Source: a bacterium (GTDB lineage: Bacteria > Patescibacteriota > Patescibacteriia > Veblenbacterales > UBA10138). Taken from it: a DNA stretch of 64,000 bases. Both the position numbers and the translations under genes were made by a program. The stretch spans positions 130,168 to 194,167 of the forward strand of contig JAGVEX010000015.1 in assembly GCA_020057885.1 (NCBI GenBank). The letters run 5' to 3'. The notes beneath the pieces were generated by a model that was not told where the DNA came from, did no database searches, and saw only the letters and a program-made list of their open reading frames with translations. Shown piece after piece: positions 48,261-59,306 of this stretch (position 1 is the first letter of the stretch; each line of letters begins with the position of its first letter).

Positions 48261-48933
48261 GCAACGAATCAAAAGTACCGGCATCTATCCACTCGCCCTT
48301 AACCACGTCTACGCTTAACTCACCGTGTTCTAAATACCAATTGTGAATACCGGTAATCTCAAGCTCACCTCTGGCGGAAGGTTTGAGATTTTTGGCAATT
48401 TCTACTACGCGCTTGTCATAAATATAAAGTCCAGTTACAGCATAATTTGAAAGATAGACTTTGGGCTTTTCTTCTATTTTTGTCGCTTTCATTTGTTCGT
48501 CGAACTTTACCACCCCAAAACGTTCTGGGTCTGGCACCTCTTTGGCAAATACATGCCCGCCCGATTTAAATGATTTTATAACATCACTAAAATCATCTTC
48601 AAAAATATTATCCCCCAAAATCATAGTTACATTATCATCGTCAATAAAATCAGCAGCAATAATAAAAGCTTGGGCCAAGCCTTCGGGCTTATCCTGAATT
48701 TCATAAGTAAATTTAGCGCCAAATTCACGGCCGGAACCCAAAAGATGCAAAAAATCACCCGGATGATCTGGGGCTACAATAATCAAAATATCCTTTATCC
48801 CGGCCTTAAGCAGTGTCTCTAGAGGATACATTATCATTGGCTTGTTATACACAGCCAAAAGCTGTTTTGAAGTAACTGTGGTGAGTGGTCTAAGTCTAGT
48901 ACCCTCACCGCCTGCTAAAATAATTCCTTTCAT
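48205..48933 (-). CDS. rmlA: glucose-1-phosphate thymidylyltransferase (short form)
   Basis: LAGGEGTRLRP.T...SKQLL, EEKP, PSARGELEIT, WIDAGT. Confidence 0.92.
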   Translation of the reverse strand: MKGIILAGGEGTRLRPLTTVTSKQLLAVYNKPMIMYPLETLLKAGIKDILIIVAPDHPGDFLHLLGSGREFGAKFTYEIQDKPEGLAQAFIIAADFIDDDNVTMILGDNIFEDDFSDVIKSFKSGGHVFAKEVPDPERFGVVKFDEQMKATKIEEKPKVYLSNYAVTGLYIYDKRVVEIAKNLKPSARGELEITGIHNWYLEHGELSVDVVKGEWIDAGTFDSLLKASLLAARRSGTNLALN

Positions 48934-48951
48934 ATACGTAAATAACTTAAC

Positions 48952-49821
48952 TCAACTTAAATAATCACGCAAGGCCTCCTGCCAAAGGCGCAATTGAGGA
49001 AATTTTGTGTTAAGCAAAACAGCATATGCTGGACGCTTGGCTTTAACTGGGTATTCAATGGATGATATTGGAATAAGCGGCGTTTGAATATTTTTTATTT
49101 TAAAAACTTCTTGCGCAACTTCATACCACATAGCTACCCCCTCGTTTACCAAATGATAAATACCAGGCTGAAAATCACCTTTGGCTAACTCGTGCACGGC
49201 GCTGGCTAAATCGCGCGTATTAGTTAATTTGCCAAATTGGTCATTCACTACTTTAATTTCTGATTTTTCAGTTGATAATTTTATCATCGTATCAACAAAA
49301 TTCATGCCCCGCGGTTTACCGATTTGCGGCGCATGACCATAAAGCCAAGAAGTTCTAATTAAATACCCCAAGCGATACTCTATAATATATTTCTCGCCAG
49401 CCGTCTTGGATTGTCCGTAAACATTAATCGGATTTACTGGATAATTTTCTTTATAACCACTTTTATCCGTGCCATCAAATACATACTCAGTAGAAAAATG
49501 AATTAATTTAGCGTTCACTTGCTGTGCCGCTTTGACTAAATATTCAACCGCGTCAGCATTAAGTTTATGGGCTAAATCTTTGTTGTCTTCCGCACCGTCA
49601 ACATTAGTATACCCAGTGGCGTTAATTATAATATTGGGATTAAGGTCGGAAATTTTAGCTAAGACTTGTTCTTTATTTGTTACATCAAGCTCATTTTTAT
49701 CCCATAAAAATAACTCGCATTTACCAGCAAATTCATGACCCAAATCAGTGCCCAGCATGCCGCCTGCACCTAGAATTAAAATTTTCAAATTATAAATATT
49801 TCTCTCCATATAAATCCTCAT
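48952..49821 (-). CDS. rmlD: dTDP-4-dehydrorhamnose reductase
   Basis: GAGGMLG, YTNVDGAE, STEYVFDG, YGQSK. Confidence 0.93.
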   Translation of the reverse strand: MRIYMERNIYNLKILILGAGGMLGTDLGHEFAGKCELFLWDKNELDVTNKEQVLAKISDLNPNIIINATGYTNVDGAEDNKDLAHKLNADAVEYLVKAAQQVNAKLIHFSTEYVFDGTDKSGYKENYPVNPINVYGQSKTAGEKYIIEYRLGYLIRTSWLYGHAPQIGKPRGMNFVDTMIKLSTEKSEIKVVNDQFGKLTNTRDLASAVHELAKGDFQPGIYHLVNEGVAMWYEVAQEVFKIKNIQTPLIPISSIEYPVKAKRPAYAVLLNTKFPQLRLWQEALRDYLS

Positions 49822-49889
49822 GCACTCTTATACCTAACCCCACTAACTACTTTCCTACTTAGGCAAATAGGAAAGTAACAAATAAATAA

Positions 49890-50285
49890 TTAATTTCCAC
49901 AATTTTTAAACTCCTCATAATTATTAATATAATCCTCACGACTGGGATTAAAATTTGTAGAGGATAAGGCGACTAACACTGTACCTGATTCAAAATCTTT
50001 AAAATGATGCCAAACATAAGTACCTACATAAATAGCGTCACCTGCTTCCATTTTCACATCCTGCAGACCTAAACCGTCATCTATTTCCGCTATTACACTA
50101 CCAGCAAAACAAACAAAACACTCCTGCTCAATTTTATGACAATGTGAACCAGTTGACTTAACCGCTTGGGTTATGGCGTAAACTCGCTTAATTTCAAAAT
50201 CTAGATATTCTTTTACTTCCAAGGGAGTAAGAGAAAATCTGTCATCTGTATGTGTTGGTAATTTAAATTTTTTAAATACTCCCAT
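49890..50285 (-). CDS. WxcM/FdtA-like sugar-nucleotide cupin isomerase
   Basis: DDRFSL...FEIKRVY...GSHCH...WHHF...DYI..YEEF. Confidence 0.75.
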   Translation of the reverse strand: MGVFKKFKLPTHTDDRFSLTPLEVKEYLDFEIKRVYAITQAVKSTGSHCHKIEQECFVCFAGSVIAEIDDGLGLQDVKMEAGDAIYVGTYVWHHFKDFESGTVLVALSSTNFNPSREDYINNYEEFKNCGN

Positions 50286-50288
50286 AAT

Positions 50289-51293
50289 TTAAGAAAGGTG
50301 CGGATTAAATTGTGCTTTACGCTCCTCTATTCTTTTAACCCAATCCTGATTCTTCATATACCACTCAATAGTTTCATGTATAGCTGATTCAAAATTATAC
50401 TTTGGCTTCCAGCCTAGCTCGCGTGATATTTTAGAAGCATCGATAGCATAGCGCCTGTCGTGACCTGGCCTGTCGGCCACAAAAGTAATCAAACTTTCCG
50501 GTTTGCCCAACTCTTGTAAAATGATTTTAGCAATTTCCAAATTAGATTTTTCATTATTTCCGCCGATATTATAAACTTCGCCAGCCACGCCTTTATGTAG
50601 CATTAAATCAATCGCCTCGCAGTGATCTAACACGTAAAGCCAATCACGCACATTTTTGCCATCACCATAAAGTGGTACTGATTCGTCTTTACTGGCTTTA
50701 AAAATAAAAAATGGAATTAACTTCTCGGGAAATTGATATGGCCCATAATTATTTGAACAATGACTCACTACCACCGGCACTTTATAAGTATTAAAAGCCG
50801 CGCGGCACATTAAATCACCGCCGGCTTTAGCGGCGGCATAAGGTACATTGGGTTGAAACGGCGTACTTTCGGTAAACTGGTCTTTAGCTTCCAGCTCCAG
50901 AGATCCATAAACCTCATCGGTTGAAATTTGCACCATTTTTTTAATTTCATACTTACGCACTGCGTCTAAAATAGTCTGCACGCCCAAAGTATTGGTAAGC
51001 ACAAAATCTCTGGCGCCAGCGTGAATACTTCTGTCCACGTGCGTTTCCGCTGCAAAATTAACCACTGCATCAAAACCCTGGCTTAACACCTCATTCACTT
51101 GTTTTTCATCTGCCACATCTCCTTTGATAAATTTGTAACGCGTATTATTTTCCAAATCAGCTAAATTATCCAAATTACCGGCGTAAGTAAGTTTGTCAAA
51201 ATTAGTAACCTGATACTCTGGATACTTTTGCAAAATATGCTTTATAAAATTGGAGCCAATAAACCCAGCGCCACCGGTAATAAATAATTTCAT
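50289..51293 (-). CDS. rmlB: dTDP-glucose 4,6-dehydratase
   Basis: GGAGFIGS, AAETHVDRS, STDEVYG, DRPGHDRRY. Confidence 0.97.
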   Translation of the reverse strand: MKLFITGGAGFIGSNFIKHILQKYPEYQVTNFDKLTYAGNLDNLADLENNTRYKFIKGDVADEKQVNEVLSQGFDAVVNFAAETHVDRSIHAGARDFVLTNTLGVQTILDAVRKYEIKKMVQISTDEVYGSLELEAKDQFTESTPFQPNVPYAAAKAGGDLMCRAAFNTYKVPVVVSHCSNNYGPYQFPEKLIPFFIFKASKDESVPLYGDGKNVRDWLYVLDHCEAIDLMLHKGVAGEVYNIGGNNEKSNLEIAKIILQELGKPESLITFVADRPGHDRRYAIDASKISRELGWKPKYNFESAIHETIEWYMKNQDWVKRIEERKAQFNPHLS

Positions 51294-51315
51294 AGTTTAT
51301 AAAAATCAAAATAAA

Positions 51316-52545
51316 TTAAGTTCCTACCTGCCAACTAGCAAGATATTTTTTTTGTTTGGGTGTAAGTTTATCATAAACTACGCCTGTTAATTTAAGTTTG
51401 AGTTCGGCAATTTCATTATCAATCTCCTGCGGCACAGTATAAACGTTTGGTTTAAGATTTTTATGGTTTTTTATTAAATATTCAAGCGCCAAAGCTTGGT
51501 TGGCAAAACTCATATCCATTACCATGGCTGGATGTCCTTCAGCAGCCGCCAAATTAACCAAACGTCCTTCGGCTAAAAGATATATGCGCTTGCCATTTTT
51601 AAACATATATTCCTGTAAATTATTTCGTATCTCTGCAACCTGAACACTTAAACGTTTTAAATCTGCTAAATTAATTTCCACATCAAAATGACCTGAATTG
51701 CATACTATGGCGCCATCTTTCATTAAGGTAAAATGCTGTTTAGTAATTACGTCAATATCGCCTGTGGTAGTAATAAATATGTCCCCTAGCCGCGCGGCCT
51801 GCGCCATGGTCATAACCTCAAATCCATCCATTAAAGCCTCCAGCGCTTTTATAGGATCAATCTCGGTTATTACTATGCGAGAGCCTAAACCACGCGCTCT
51901 CATGGCCACTCCGCGACCACACCAGCCATAACCAGCCACCACTACTATTTTACCCGCCAAAAGCACGTTGGTGGCGCGCAGAATGCCATCAATAGTGGAT
52001 TGGCCTGTACCATAACGATTATCAAACAAATGCTTGGTAAGAGCGTCGTTTACTGCAATAAGCGGATAGTGTAGTTTGCCAGCCTTAGCCATAGAACGAA
52101 GCCTAATAACGCCGGTGGTAGTTTCTTCTGTGCCGCCCCATACACCTTTTAATAATTTTTTGGCCGTAGTATGTAAGTAAGTAACCAAATCAGCGCCATC
52201 GTCCACTGTTAATTGCGGACCATGCACTACAGCCGCTTTTAACTGTTTATAATATTCCTTATTATCCACTCCCCGCTTAGCAAAAACATTTATTTTAAAA
52301 TCGCGCCGCAAGCTTTGCGCTACATCATCTTGTGTAGACAGAGGATTAGAAGCAGCTAAAGCCACCTGCGCCCCTCCGGCTTTTAAGGCCAACATTAAAT
52401 TAGCGGTTTCAGCTGTTACGTGCAGACAAGCAGAAATACGCACACCTGCGAACACCTGACTTTTTTTAAAGCGTTCTGTTAAAGCGGCTATTACCGGCAT
52501 TTGTTTGCCCGCCCAAAGAATTTTTTGTTTACCACGAGACGTCAT
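51316..52545 (-). CDS. ahcY: adenosylhomocysteinase
   Basis: [37 protein letters not shown]....GHP. Confidence 0.97.
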   Translation of the reverse strand: MTSRGKQKILWAGKQMPVIAALTERFKKSQVFAGVRISACLHVTAETANLMLALKAGGAQVALAASNPLSTQDDVAQSLRRDFKINVFAKRGVDNKEYYKQLKAAVVHGPQLTVDDGADLVTYLHTTAKKLLKGVWGGTEETTTGVIRLRSMAKAGKLHYPLIAVNDALTKHLFDNRYGTGQSTIDGILRATNVLLAGKIVVVAGYGWCGRGVAMRARGLGSRIVITEIDPIKALEALMDGFEVMTMAQAARLGDIFITTTGDIDVITKQHFTLMKDGAIVCNSGHFDVEINLADLKRLSVQVAEIRNNLQEYMFKNGKRIYLLAEGRLVNLAAAEGHPAMVMDMSFANQALALEYLIKNHKNLKPNVYTVPQEIDNEIAELKLKLTGVVYDKLTPKQKKYLASWQVGT

Positions 52546-52964
52546 AAAGTTAAGGCTTGTTTAATTTTTAAAGCTATAGATTCTGTTTCTCCGGCTACTA
52601 ACTCGCGCTGGGGCCAAGGTTTTAATCCGTCACCAGTTCGCCGCGGCATAATGTGCATATGAATATGAAAAACAGCCTGTCCTGCCACTGCGCCATTATT
52701 AAAACCCAAATTAAAACCGTTCACACCCGTAGCCTGAAAAACAGCTTTAGCAACTTTTTGTACTATTTGAAAAAATTTGCCAGCAACTTCGGGCGGAACA
52801 GATTCTAAATTTTCGTAATGCTGTTTAGGAATAACCAAAGTATGCCCTAAGCTCACTGGCTTGATATCTAAAAAAGCTATAAATTCTTCATCCTCATATA
52901 CTTTAGCAGAAGGAATTTTATTTATTGCTAATTTACAAAAAATACAATTATCCATAAACAACAA
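52542..52964 (-). CDS. HIT family nucleotide hydrolase
   Basis: [17 protein letters not shown]. Confidence 0.93.
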   Translation of the reverse strand: MLFMDNCIFCKLAINKIPSAKVYEDEEFIAFLDIKPVSLGHTLVIPKQHYENLESVPPEVAGKFFQIVQKVAKAVFQATGVNGFNLGFNNGAVAGQAVFHIHMHIMPRRTGDGLKPWPQRELVAGETESIALKIKQALTL

Positions 52965-52965
52965 A

Positions 52966-53448
52966 CTAATATAACATTAATTCTTCTCTAATGCGAGCAA
53001 TAAAAGCTTGCCCCCCAACATGGTCTGCTTCTGTTGGAGCCCACTGGGGTAATTTTTTATGTGTCTTGGGATCCCACGGACCTTGCAAAACCTCAAACAA
53101 AGTTGTATCTGGTTCAAGAGCAATAGTAGTGTGCCAAATTGTGCCTGGCACCTCCACCCCCCAAGGACTTTTACCTGCTTCCAAAACAACATGTTCGGAA
53201 ACACGCCCATCATCGGCAAATATCACTACTGTTAATTTACCACGCAAAATAATAAATGATTCCATTCTATATGGATTTTCGTGTTTATGCGGCTGAACAT
53301 AAGATTCTGGCTCAAGTACTCTAATTAAACGATGTACTTTTTCCTCATTACGTTCATGAAGACTATATAAGCTTCGACGACGCGCTGAATTTTGCGCTGA
53401 TTGTATAACTTCATTTATCAATTTGTCATCAATTAATTTAATTAACAT
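52966..53448 (-). CDS. WbuC-family cupin
   Basis: SARRR...LH...SYVQPHKH...WHT...EV..GP. Confidence 0.85.
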   Translation of the reverse strand: MLIKLIDDKLINEVIQSAQNSARRRSLYSLHERNEEKVHRLIRVLEPESYVQPHKHENPYRMESFIILRGKLTVVIFADDGRVSEHVVLEAGKSPWGVEVPGTIWHTTIALEPDTTLFEVLQGPWDPKTHKKLPQWAPTEADHVGGQAFIARIREELMLY

Positions 53449-53469
53449 AATAAATTAAAATCAAAAAAA

Positions 53470-53841
53470 TTAATTATCCAACTTTAATAATGTAATAACT
53501 ATCCACCACAATACTCCGGCAACTAAACCAACTAAAATCGATAAATACCAAGCAAATGGAGTTCCTAATATAAGCTTAACACTAACTAACCAGACTAGTA
53601 CAGCTGAAAATATGGAGCTCAAGTATGGTCGCTTGGGAGTGATCTTTATAGATGTTCCCAAAAGCCATGCCAGCGCAGTCAATAATAATAGCAAATTAAG
53701 GTTAATATACAAACTCACTATCCCGCGTTTAATTAATTCTAATAAGCTTAAAAACCACCAAGCCAACCCTAACCCCACGGCGAGTTCGCTTAAAAAATTA
53801 CGGCCCATTATTATATAATTATTAAGCAACCAATTTTTCAT
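53470..53841 (-). CDS. hypothetical membrane protein (4 TM)
   Basis: Hydrophobic ORF translationally coupled to the upstream gene. Confidence 0.65.
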   Translation of the reverse strand: MKNWLLNNYIIMGRNFLSELAVGLGLAWWFLSLLELIKRGIVSLYINLNLLLLLTALAWLLGTSIKITPKRPYLSSIFSAVLVWLVSVKLILGTPFAWYLSILVGLVAGVLWWIVITLLKLDN

Positions 53842-54401
53842 AAAATCCTCTCTGGATATAATTTAAACAAATCACTAAGCCAACTCCAAGAAAAGGAGTT
53901 TCTCTCTATTGTAAGCCTAGCCTCTTTAACTACCACTGTACCAGGATTAAAATTAGGCGCGGAAACTATAAAGCGTAAAGTTTCGTTGGGCTCAAAATAT
54001 CTAAAATTATTTGCGTTAAATAAATAATGGATTTCATTATTAATTTTTTCCTCTTTAGTATTAAGAAAATAAAAATCTCGGCCATTAGCTTGTTTTAAAG
54101 CAAATTTTAAAGGTGCTGAATCAGCCGTAGTAATAAATTCAAGAGTCAAACGCGAAACGCGCAATGGTAAAATTATATCAATATAAACCGGTTCTTGTTT
54201 TAAAACTATACCACCGATTACCTTCTCCGTTCTACTGGCTGGCGATAAAATATCAAAATATGAAGTACGATCTATAAAATCGGTAATAGCTACTAATTTT
54301 TGCGTACTAAAAAATGCCTGTCCTAAAATAAAAATTATAAATGCAGCCGGTACCAACCAACGCAGCCAATTTAACTTTGGTTTTAAAAATAATAAATTCA
54401 T
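53838..54401 (-). CDS. hypothetical single-TM protein
   Basis: ATGA overlaps at both ends. Confidence 0.65.
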   Translation of the reverse strand: MNLLFLKPKLNWLRWLVPAAFIIFILGQAFFSTQKLVAITDFIDRTSYFDILSPASRTEKVIGGIVLKQEPVYIDIILPLRVSRLTLEFITTADSAPLKFALKQANGRDFYFLNTKEEKINNEIHYLFNANNFRYFEPNETLRFIVSAPNFNPGTVVVKEARLTIERNSFSWSWLSDLFKLYPERIL

Positions 54402-55999
54402 GGCTTAGCTAAAGTAAAACGATATAAACTATGGTCTTGAAAACCATAAACCACTGGTTGCAAAACTAAACCTAATTGTTTTAATTTATTGGTATTTAAA
54501 TAATTTAAATCTTTGGGTAGCCAGGTGGGGTGAAAATTATATACTGGAATACTATTCTCTAATAAATTTTTAATAGTTACTAACTCAACCTGCTGGGGAG
54601 AGGATACCATTACTTCGCGTTCCGGCCAAAAAAACTTATCAGTAATAGTTGTTAAAATTACACTATTAGACTCTGTTAGCTGTTGTACTGTCTTATTTAC
54701 AGCTTCAAAACGCTTTATATTACGTCTAATCTGCAGTAAACCTTCCTCCGGATCAAATACCACTAAACGCACAGATAATATCAAATAAACACCAATTAAA
54801 ATAAAACTAATCGCCTTGCCCCAATTTTTATGCCAAAAATTTACCAAAGTATAAGAAGCGAGCCATAAGGCAAACGCGTATACGGGCAACCAATAGCGCG
54901 TATAGGCTGTACCTAGGGTAACCGCCATTGGGTTAGGATTATCGTGAAATTGCCAACTGCCATAAAGTATCACCAACCATAACGTGGCAACTAGGCCTGA
55001 CAAAATTAAACCCCTGTGTTCCCTTCCCCAAGAACGCCATTTATAAAACATATAACCAAAACCAATAACGGCGAGCATTGCCCACCACCACATTAAACTA
55101 AATAGATAATTACCAACAGTATTAAATATAATTGAAGGATGAATACCAAATGGCAATATTAAATCTCGCCAAATCGAAAGTGAGCCTCCCACGTCCTGCA
55201 AAATAAACTGTAATTCTGGTCGATAGCCTATAGAAAGCGGTTGACCATAAATTATATAATTAGTCATTAATACTGGGGCAAAGCCCAATAAAACACCTAA
55301 CATAAAAATCGACAAATAGCGCCATTTCAGTTTGTATCCAGCAATTGTCAACCAAACTAACCCGGCTGTTGTAATCCAAAAAACTTCTGAGCCACGCAAA
55401 GCTACCACCACGCCGTAAGCCAAACCAGTTAATAAATAATAACCACATTTTTTCGTACGCACAGCTTTAATTGTTGACCAAATAGCCAACATTAAAACAT
55501 CAAAAAATAAAGCGTTGTGAAAAAAACTACGGCTATGATAATACCAATAGGCCGGCAAAAAAGCTAAAAGTAAAGTACTTAACCAAGCCGCCCGTCGGCC
55601 CCAAAACTCCCGCCCGACTAAGTAAAAACAAATGAGCCCTAAAATAGCCCCCAAAGGAGTTATGTACGGCAAGGCCCAACCGCCTACCAGCCAACCTACA
55701 GTACCTGCTAAAATTGGTAATCCCAAAAAACTCGCTGGCACTAAATAGCCATCTATCACACTAGTACTACGCGGATGTACTAAGGAAACGCCGGTCAATT
55801 TATTTAAAGGACTAACAATTTTTATGCTTTGACTATTTGCTAAACGCCTCGCAAAATAAGCATTAGCCGCCTCATCTGGAGAGTTATAACGCTGCGGCAA
55901 ACCCCAATTAAAGCTAGCGTAAACAAAAACAGCCACTAATATTAATAAACCAAGTGCTATGGCCTCCCCCTTGCTCTTAAAATACTCTAAAATTAACAT
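54398..55999 (-). CDS. GT-C fold (PMT/ArnT-like) membrane glycosyltransferase; start moved to 55999
   Basis: SPDE acidic motif after TM1; more than 10 TM helices; RYWLP. Confidence 0.7.
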   Translation of the reverse strand: MLILEYFKSKGEAIALGLLILVAVFVYASFNWGLPQRYNSPDEAANAYFARRLANSQSIKIVSPLNKLTGVSLVHPRSTSVIDGYLVPASFLGLPILAGTVGWLVGGWALPYITPLGAILGLICFYLVGREFWGRRAAWLSTLLLAFLPAYWYYHSRSFFHNALFFDVLMLAIWSTIKAVRTKKCGYYLLTGLAYGVVVALRGSEVFWITTAGLVWLTIAGYKLKWRYLSIFMLGVLLGFAPVLMTNYIIYGQPLSIGYRPELQFILQDVGGSLSIWRDLILPFGIHPSIIFNTVGNYLFSLMWWWAMLAVIGFGYMFYKWRSWGREHRGLILSGLVATLWLVILYGSWQFHDNPNPMAVTLGTAYTRYWLPVYAFALWLASYTLVNFWHKNWGKAISFILIGVYLILSVRLVVFDPEEGLLQIRRNIKRFEAVNKTVQQLTESNSVILTTITDKFFWPEREVMVSSPQQVELVTIKNLLENSIPVYNFHPTWLPKDLNYLNTNKLKQLGLVLQPVVYGFQDHSLYRFTLAKP

Positions 56000-56040
56000 A
56001 TTATAATTATACCAGACAATCAGTGGTACAATAGTAATAT

Positions 56041-58107
56041 ATGTTATTACCAGCCTTAGCAAGCCTTTTGGTGCTCCTTACCGCCCTTAATTTATGGGGG
56101 TGGAAATTGGATATTTTAGGGCTGTTTGTGGGCTTGTTTTATTTAATATTAACAGGCTATTTATTGGGCGGCCGACTGGCACGCTTTAGCGAAAATGTAT
56201 GGGAAAGAATTATTTGGGGTGTGGCTACTATTTTATTAATAATAGCAACTTTGGGCAGTTTAATTTTTTACATACATTCATTTACCACTGCCATAACTAT
56301 TGTTATTTTTGCAATTCTCCCCTGGCTCGGAAGATCTAGCCCTATACCAACTGAAAAAATAAATAAAACCCAACCCAAAAGAACTTGGTTAATACCAAGT
56401 TTGTTAACTATGTACTTTGGTTTAATTGCCCTCACTATTACATTTTTAGCACAAAATCAAACTAGTGAAGCTATCCGCACACCCTGGCAAACAATACCAC
56501 CAATAATTTTTATATTGTATGGTTTGTGCGCTGTACTCTGCCTCGCTTTATCATATTATCTTAATAACCCAACTTGGTTGATACCGTTTTATTTTTTAAG
56601 TCTGGGCTTACTTCCTTTGATATATGTTTTGGGTTTTGGCTTTGACCCTTTTATTCACCAAGCCTCTGAAAAATTGCTAGCTCTAAACGGAACCATAACC
56701 CCTAAACCTTTTTATTATCTTGGTCAATATACCTTGGTAGTGGCGCTGTCTAATATTTTACGACTTTCTATTAACACCATAGATGTTTGGCTCTTGCCAA
56801 TATTAGCTAGCCTGTTTACACCACTAGCCGCAGCAACTGCTTTACGGTCATTAAAATTAGAACGGCCGTGGTTAATATTGTTACCACTTATACCGCTTGC
56901 ATTTACATTATCCAGTTTTACTTACACCACACCACAAGGCTTGGCTAATTTATGGGCTTTAATAACAATATTGTTACTAGCGGCAAAAATTGCTGGACAA
57001 AAAATATCTTCTTATTTTTTAATGTTGTTAGTTTTTACTGCTTTGGTTACTCACCCATTAACTGGTTTGCCACTTTTGGGGATAACAACTCTTTATTGGT
57101 TTATATTTGAACAGCGCCCTGAAGTTAGTTGGCGTAAAAAAGCAATTTGGTTAACAGCGGTTGGAACCGCCTTGGTGGTACCACTAGCATTTGCGGGGCT
57201 TTCGTTAATCAAGTTATCTCCCACTAGTATTAAATTAAATTCAAATTTTATGGGAAGCTTGGCTGATTTGGGCCAAACCATAATGTCTCATTTGCCATTT
57301 TGGCCGGCATACTTATCACCTATTGACACTTTATATTTATGGGGAAGACCGCTTACATTAATTTTTATAATTTTAGCGGGCTTGGGATTTTGGTACGCTA
57401 AAAAAATGGCGCCTCTTTGGCAATTTTTTGCTTTGGCTGCTTCTTTGGTTGCAACCGGATTTATTGTTTTAAAATTATGCTTTACTTTTGCTAGTCTGCC
57501 ATTAAATGAACAAGATTTTTACAGTATCAGATTATGGGATTTAGCTCTCTTGTGTTTAACTCCGCTGGTATTACTAGGTGGATTAAAAATAGGCCTGTGG
57601 CTCAAGCTAAAATTTTCATCAGCGTTGCCTTGGCTATTGGCGGGAAGTTTAATTTTAACTGCAAGTTTTTACTTAACTTATCCCCGCATGGATACTTGGC
57701 AAAAAGACACGGCCTACAATACCACACCAGCAGATGTTGAAGCGGTAAAATTAATCGCTGAAACAGCCGGTGATTTGCCTTATATTGTACTCGCCAACCA
57801 AGCTGTCTCAGCCGCCGCTGTGCGTGAATTTGGCTTTACTAATTATTTTGCTGGCAACTTTTATTACCCAATTCCTACAGGCACTAATCCTCTATACCAA
57901 ATATACCTGGACGCTACCGAAGGTGGTATGCCCAAAAGGGATATAATTGCCCAAGCAGCACAAATAGCAAACGTGCCGCAGGTTTATTTGGTACTAAATC
58001 GCTACTGGGCTGATTTTTTGAAACTTGCACCTATAGCTTCCCAAGAAGCTGATCAAAAATGGATAATAAGTAATGATAAAATTCAAGTATTCCGATATGA
58101 TTTTTAA
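56041..58107 (+). CDS. polytopic membrane protein, possible GT-C
   Basis: 688 aa with many TM helices; GFDPFIH loop motif and a soluble C-terminal domain. Confidence 0.6.
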   Translation: MLLPALASLLVLLTALNLWGWKLDILGLFVGLFYLILTGYLLGGRLARFSENVWERIIWGVATILLIIATLGSLIFYIHSFTTAITIVIFAILPWLGRSSPIPTEKINKTQPKRTWLIPSLLTMYFGLIALTITFLAQNQTSEAIRTPWQTIPPIIFILYGLCAVLCLALSYYLNNPTWLIPFYFLSLGLLPLIYVLGFGFDPFIHQASEKLLALNGTITPKPFYYLGQYTLVVALSNILRLSINTIDVWLLPILASLFTPLAAATALRSLKLERPWLILLPLIPLAFTLSSFTYTTPQGLANLWALITILLLAAKIAGQKISSYFLMLLVFTALVTHPLTGLPLLGITTLYWFIFEQRPEVSWRKKAIWLTAVGTALVVPLAFAGLSLIKLSPTSIKLNSNFMGSLADLGQTIMSHLPFWPAYLSPIDTLYLWGRPLTLIFIILAGLGFWYAKKMAPLWQFFALAASLVATGFIVLKLCFTFASLPLNEQDFYSIRLWDLALLCLTPLVLLGGLKIGLWLKLKFSSALPWLLAGSLILTASFYLTYPRMDTWQKDTAYNTTPADVEAVKLIAETAGDLPYIVLANQAVSAAAVREFGFTNYFAGNFYYPIPTGTNPLYQIYLDATEGGMPKRDIIAQAAQIANVPQVYLVLNRYWADFLKLAPIASQEADQKWIISNDKIQVFRYDF

Positions 58108-59306
58108 TTATCTATTACTTCACTTACCTCTATTATTTTTTTAGTATAATTGACAAGTGTACGACTGGTAAATTCTTTGCTAGCTTGCAAACCAGTTTCT
58201 AAAAGCTTATTTGGGTTATCTAGACACCAATTAAGTTTTTTTATGAAATCATCTTTATCGCCCGGTTTAAACAACCAACCTGTCTCGCCTACTTTAATAA
58301 GCTCAGGAATTCCTCCAATATCAGAAGCTAACACCGAGGTGCCTACCATAAGCGACTTAGAAATAGACACTGGGGAATTTTCATAACAAAGCGAAGGTAC
58401 AATTACCAAATGACTTTGATCATAATACTCATCAATTTCCCTTTGCGTGCATGACCAATGAATTGCAAACCTTTTGTCTCCCTCTATAAATTCTTGTATT
58501 TTAGTAAAATTTAATTTATCACCACGTACCACTAAATGAAGAACGAAATCACTTCTCTGATATTCCTTTAGTGCTTCTATCAACCACCGCGCTCCTTTAT
58601 GTTCCGCCAGCTGACCATCATATAAAAGTTCAAAGGGCGGTTCGGCATTTTTAATACGAGATTTATTTAAAGCTTGTGGTATTGGATTTGGCAAAACATA
58701 TTTTTGGCATTTTTTAAAAAATCCTCTTGTTATATGTTCATTCAAAAGCCACTCTGAGGGCGATACTACTACGCTAACTTTCTTAAACAACCAACGAGTG
58801 CATAGTTGATAACAACGCATGGCTAAAGATAGTTTTTTCTTCCCCCAAATAAACAAACCAGAAGGGTGTAATAGCTGTACGTCATGTAAAATATGAAGAT
58901 GCTTAATGTTTAAATGGGCAATTACACGTGGAGGTAAAAACGAAATTCCCATTAAATTTGAACTAATTACCAAATCTGGTTTAACTTTTTTTAAAATACT
59001 TTTTACTCTACGAGCGTCAGAACAATTAAATAAATTTATAATATGCCACAACCAACGCACGGGGTAAATTACACGCGAAGCGTTTAAATAGTAATATAAA
59101 TTTAATGGATAAAAACGATACACGCGTACGCCTAATTCCTCTTGCAGTTGCGGTTTAAAACTTTTTAAACTCTGCCAAGGTGCCGAAGTTATTACACTAA
59201 CTCGGTGACCTTGTTTAAACAATTCTAAAACAAGTTGATGCACTAAATATTCAGCTCCCCCGCGTACAAATGGCGGATATAAATTTGTAATAACGCAGAT
59301 TTTCAT
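58104..59306 (-). CDS. glycosyltransferase family 4
   Basis: YPP..RGGAE, PSLCYENSP, S.IGGIPE. Confidence 0.9.
   Translation of the reverse strand: MKICVITNLYPPFVRGGAEYLVHQLVLELFKQGHRVSVITSAPWQSLKSFKPQLQEELGVRVYRFYPLNLYYYLNASRVIYPVRWLWHIINLFNCSDARRVKSILKKVKPDLVISSNLMGISFLPPRVIAHLNIKHLHILHDVQLLHPSGLFIWGKKKLSLAMRCYQLCTRWLFKKVSVVVSPSEWLLNEHITRGFFKKCQKYVLPNPIPQALNKSRIKNAEPPFELLYDGQLAEHKGARWLIEALKEYQRSDFVLHLVVRGDKLNFTKIQEFIEGDKRFAIHWSCTQREIDEYYDQSHLVIVPSLCYENSPVSISKSLMVGTSVLASDIGGIPELIKVGETGWLFKPGDKDDFIKKLNWCLDNPNKLLETGLQASKEFTSRTLVNYTKKIIEVSEVIDN

Noticed and set aside
49848-49877. Hairpin tactttccta-N10-taggaaagta inside the rml operon
   Set aside because: Single copy with a weak AT-rich stem; at most an ordinary mRNA-stability element
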